From Lama guanicoe (Eukaryota): a DNA stretch of 64,000 nucleotides. The notes beneath the pieces are model-generated. The model did not search any database, was not told where the DNA came from, and saw nothing but the letters and a program-made list of their open reading frames with translations. Shown here one piece after another: positions 62,499-64,000 of the stretch. The position numbers and the translations under genes were made by a program. Numbering within the stretch: position 1 is the first letter of the stretch; the number at the start of each line of letters is the position of its first letter. The stretch spans positions 62,001 to 126,000 of the forward strand of contig MU053652.1 in assembly GCA_013239625.1 (NCBI GenBank), given 5' to 3'.

Positions 62499-64000
62499 CA
62501 GGCCACTTCTGAGATCCCTTTCAAGTCTTAGATTTTTCTAATTTGATTCCTACATAACCCTGTGCTTGGCACTGTTGGGAACTGGTTAAATGTAAAGCAT
62601 GATTTCGGTCTTTTAGCAAACTTGGGGAGAAAAGATGACCTGGATTGGTTCATATATTCTCCCATTTGTGTAAATGCCAAATAAAGGGTTCATGCCCTCC
62701 TCCACACTATTGGAGACAAAGGAGAGGCTTGAGCAGATCCTTGAAATGAACCATTCAACAAAGACCCCTGGCAAGAAACAGCCCCTGGGGTGAGCCATAG
62801 TCATAGCCTAGTGTTAGTGTTATTACGTTTACCCTCCATCAGAGTCCTAGAGGTTCTCTAAGAGGGGCAGGTGCTCAGAAAAGCTTGTGGGACGGGATGG
62901 GAAAGGACAGGTTGTATTCATGTCCAGTCTACACTTGACACTGTACTTGGCTGTAATTCCTCACTCAGAGACTATCTCTAAGTGCTTTTCTCTGGGGAAC
63001 CACTACTACTACTAATTTTTTAAAAATCACTTTAGCTCAGCATAGGTACACATGCCTATATTTGCAAAAGTATTTCCAGGAAAATAGAGTCTTCATCTCT
63101 TGACCCTTCACCTGGGAGGGGAGAGGGATTGTGAACTAAAGCTAGTCAGGCACTGAGTCTGAATTAGGTGGCACAGCTCCTCTGTGACCTCTCCCTCCAC
63201 CCACTTTTCTCCCCATCTTGGCCTCATTTTACCCAAATGAGTCATCTGCTGCTTCCCTCATCTGGGAGGTTAGCTGCTAGCTGAACCATGGGGCTTTAAT
63301 GGCTAGGAAACTTTCCTACTGTTCACCATGTCCACCTTTCACATAAGATCATGCCTCCCCTCCTGTGTCTGCATTTGGATTTCCAATGGGGACAAAATAA
63401 GTAAATAAATCAAGGGAGTGCAAATGAATGGAGGAAAGGAATAGAGAGAAAAGAAAAGGACAGAAGGGATGTCCTGGAATTACTTATCTGGCTTGGAAGT
63501 AGGGAACTGAAGTGAAACTGATGGCAGAATACCTCTGTGCCACTCCCACAGGCCCCCACGTCCATCTCAGGCATCAAGTCTCCACTCTAATGGCTGCCAG
63601 GAGCAGCAGTGTGCTAATCTGTAAATCATGCCATGTGGAATCACTTTATTAATTGCATTTTTCATATGCTATTAAAATGAATTTGGATCTGACCTTATTA
63701 AACAGGGAGTGATCACAGGTTCTTAGTCGAGGGGAATACTTGAATATAGCAGCTTATACTTTGTATCTGCCAGAATCGTGGCAGGAAACAAATGGCATGT
63801 TCCAAGTGGGTGCTTAAAGAAAGTTCATTAAAGACACTAAGTACAATGGTGTGGGTGGAGAATAGGGAAACCGGCAAGGGAGACTGCAGGAGACCCGAAC
63901 TGGTTACTGTACCTTGGACCAAGCTCTAGCTCTAGGAGACAAGTGGCTACCTGCTGGCAGCTGTGGGCTCTGGTAGAGGAGCACAGTGTGGCTGGAATGG

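Overview
Mammalian genomic DNA, most likely from a camelid (camel, alpaca or llama), judged from a camelid-type tRNA-derived SINE at 22401-22562 and cetartiodactyl-type L1 3' ends. The window is almost entirely non-coding and rich in repeats (MIR, L2, L1, MaLR/ERVL LTRs, hAT and Tigger DNA transposons, a CR1/L3 remnant), with a 27-N assembly gap at 29085-29111. The only good protein-coding signal is a + strand terminal exon at the start (acceptor at 623/624, probable C-terminus ...CVAHKDYPFHAEF*, AATAAA at 995-1000). I could not name that gene. Nearly all ORFs in the six-frame track look like noise or repeat-derived sequence. The most notable observations are: (1) an apparent CpG-island promoter at about 37.1-37.5 kb that is really a young, intact, class II-like solo retroviral LTR (TG...CA ends, 5-bp TSD, TATA, AATAAA, perfect NF-kB site); (2) a 291-bp unexplained insert with no TSD that splits an LTR16 precisely; (3) atypical short L1 insertions with TSDs; (4) an orphan CpG-rich element at about 24.3-24.6 kb and several CTCF-like motifs. 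I found no convincing novel multi-gene system. Repeat family names come from recalled consensus similarity, not a database search, and most repeat boundaries are approximate.
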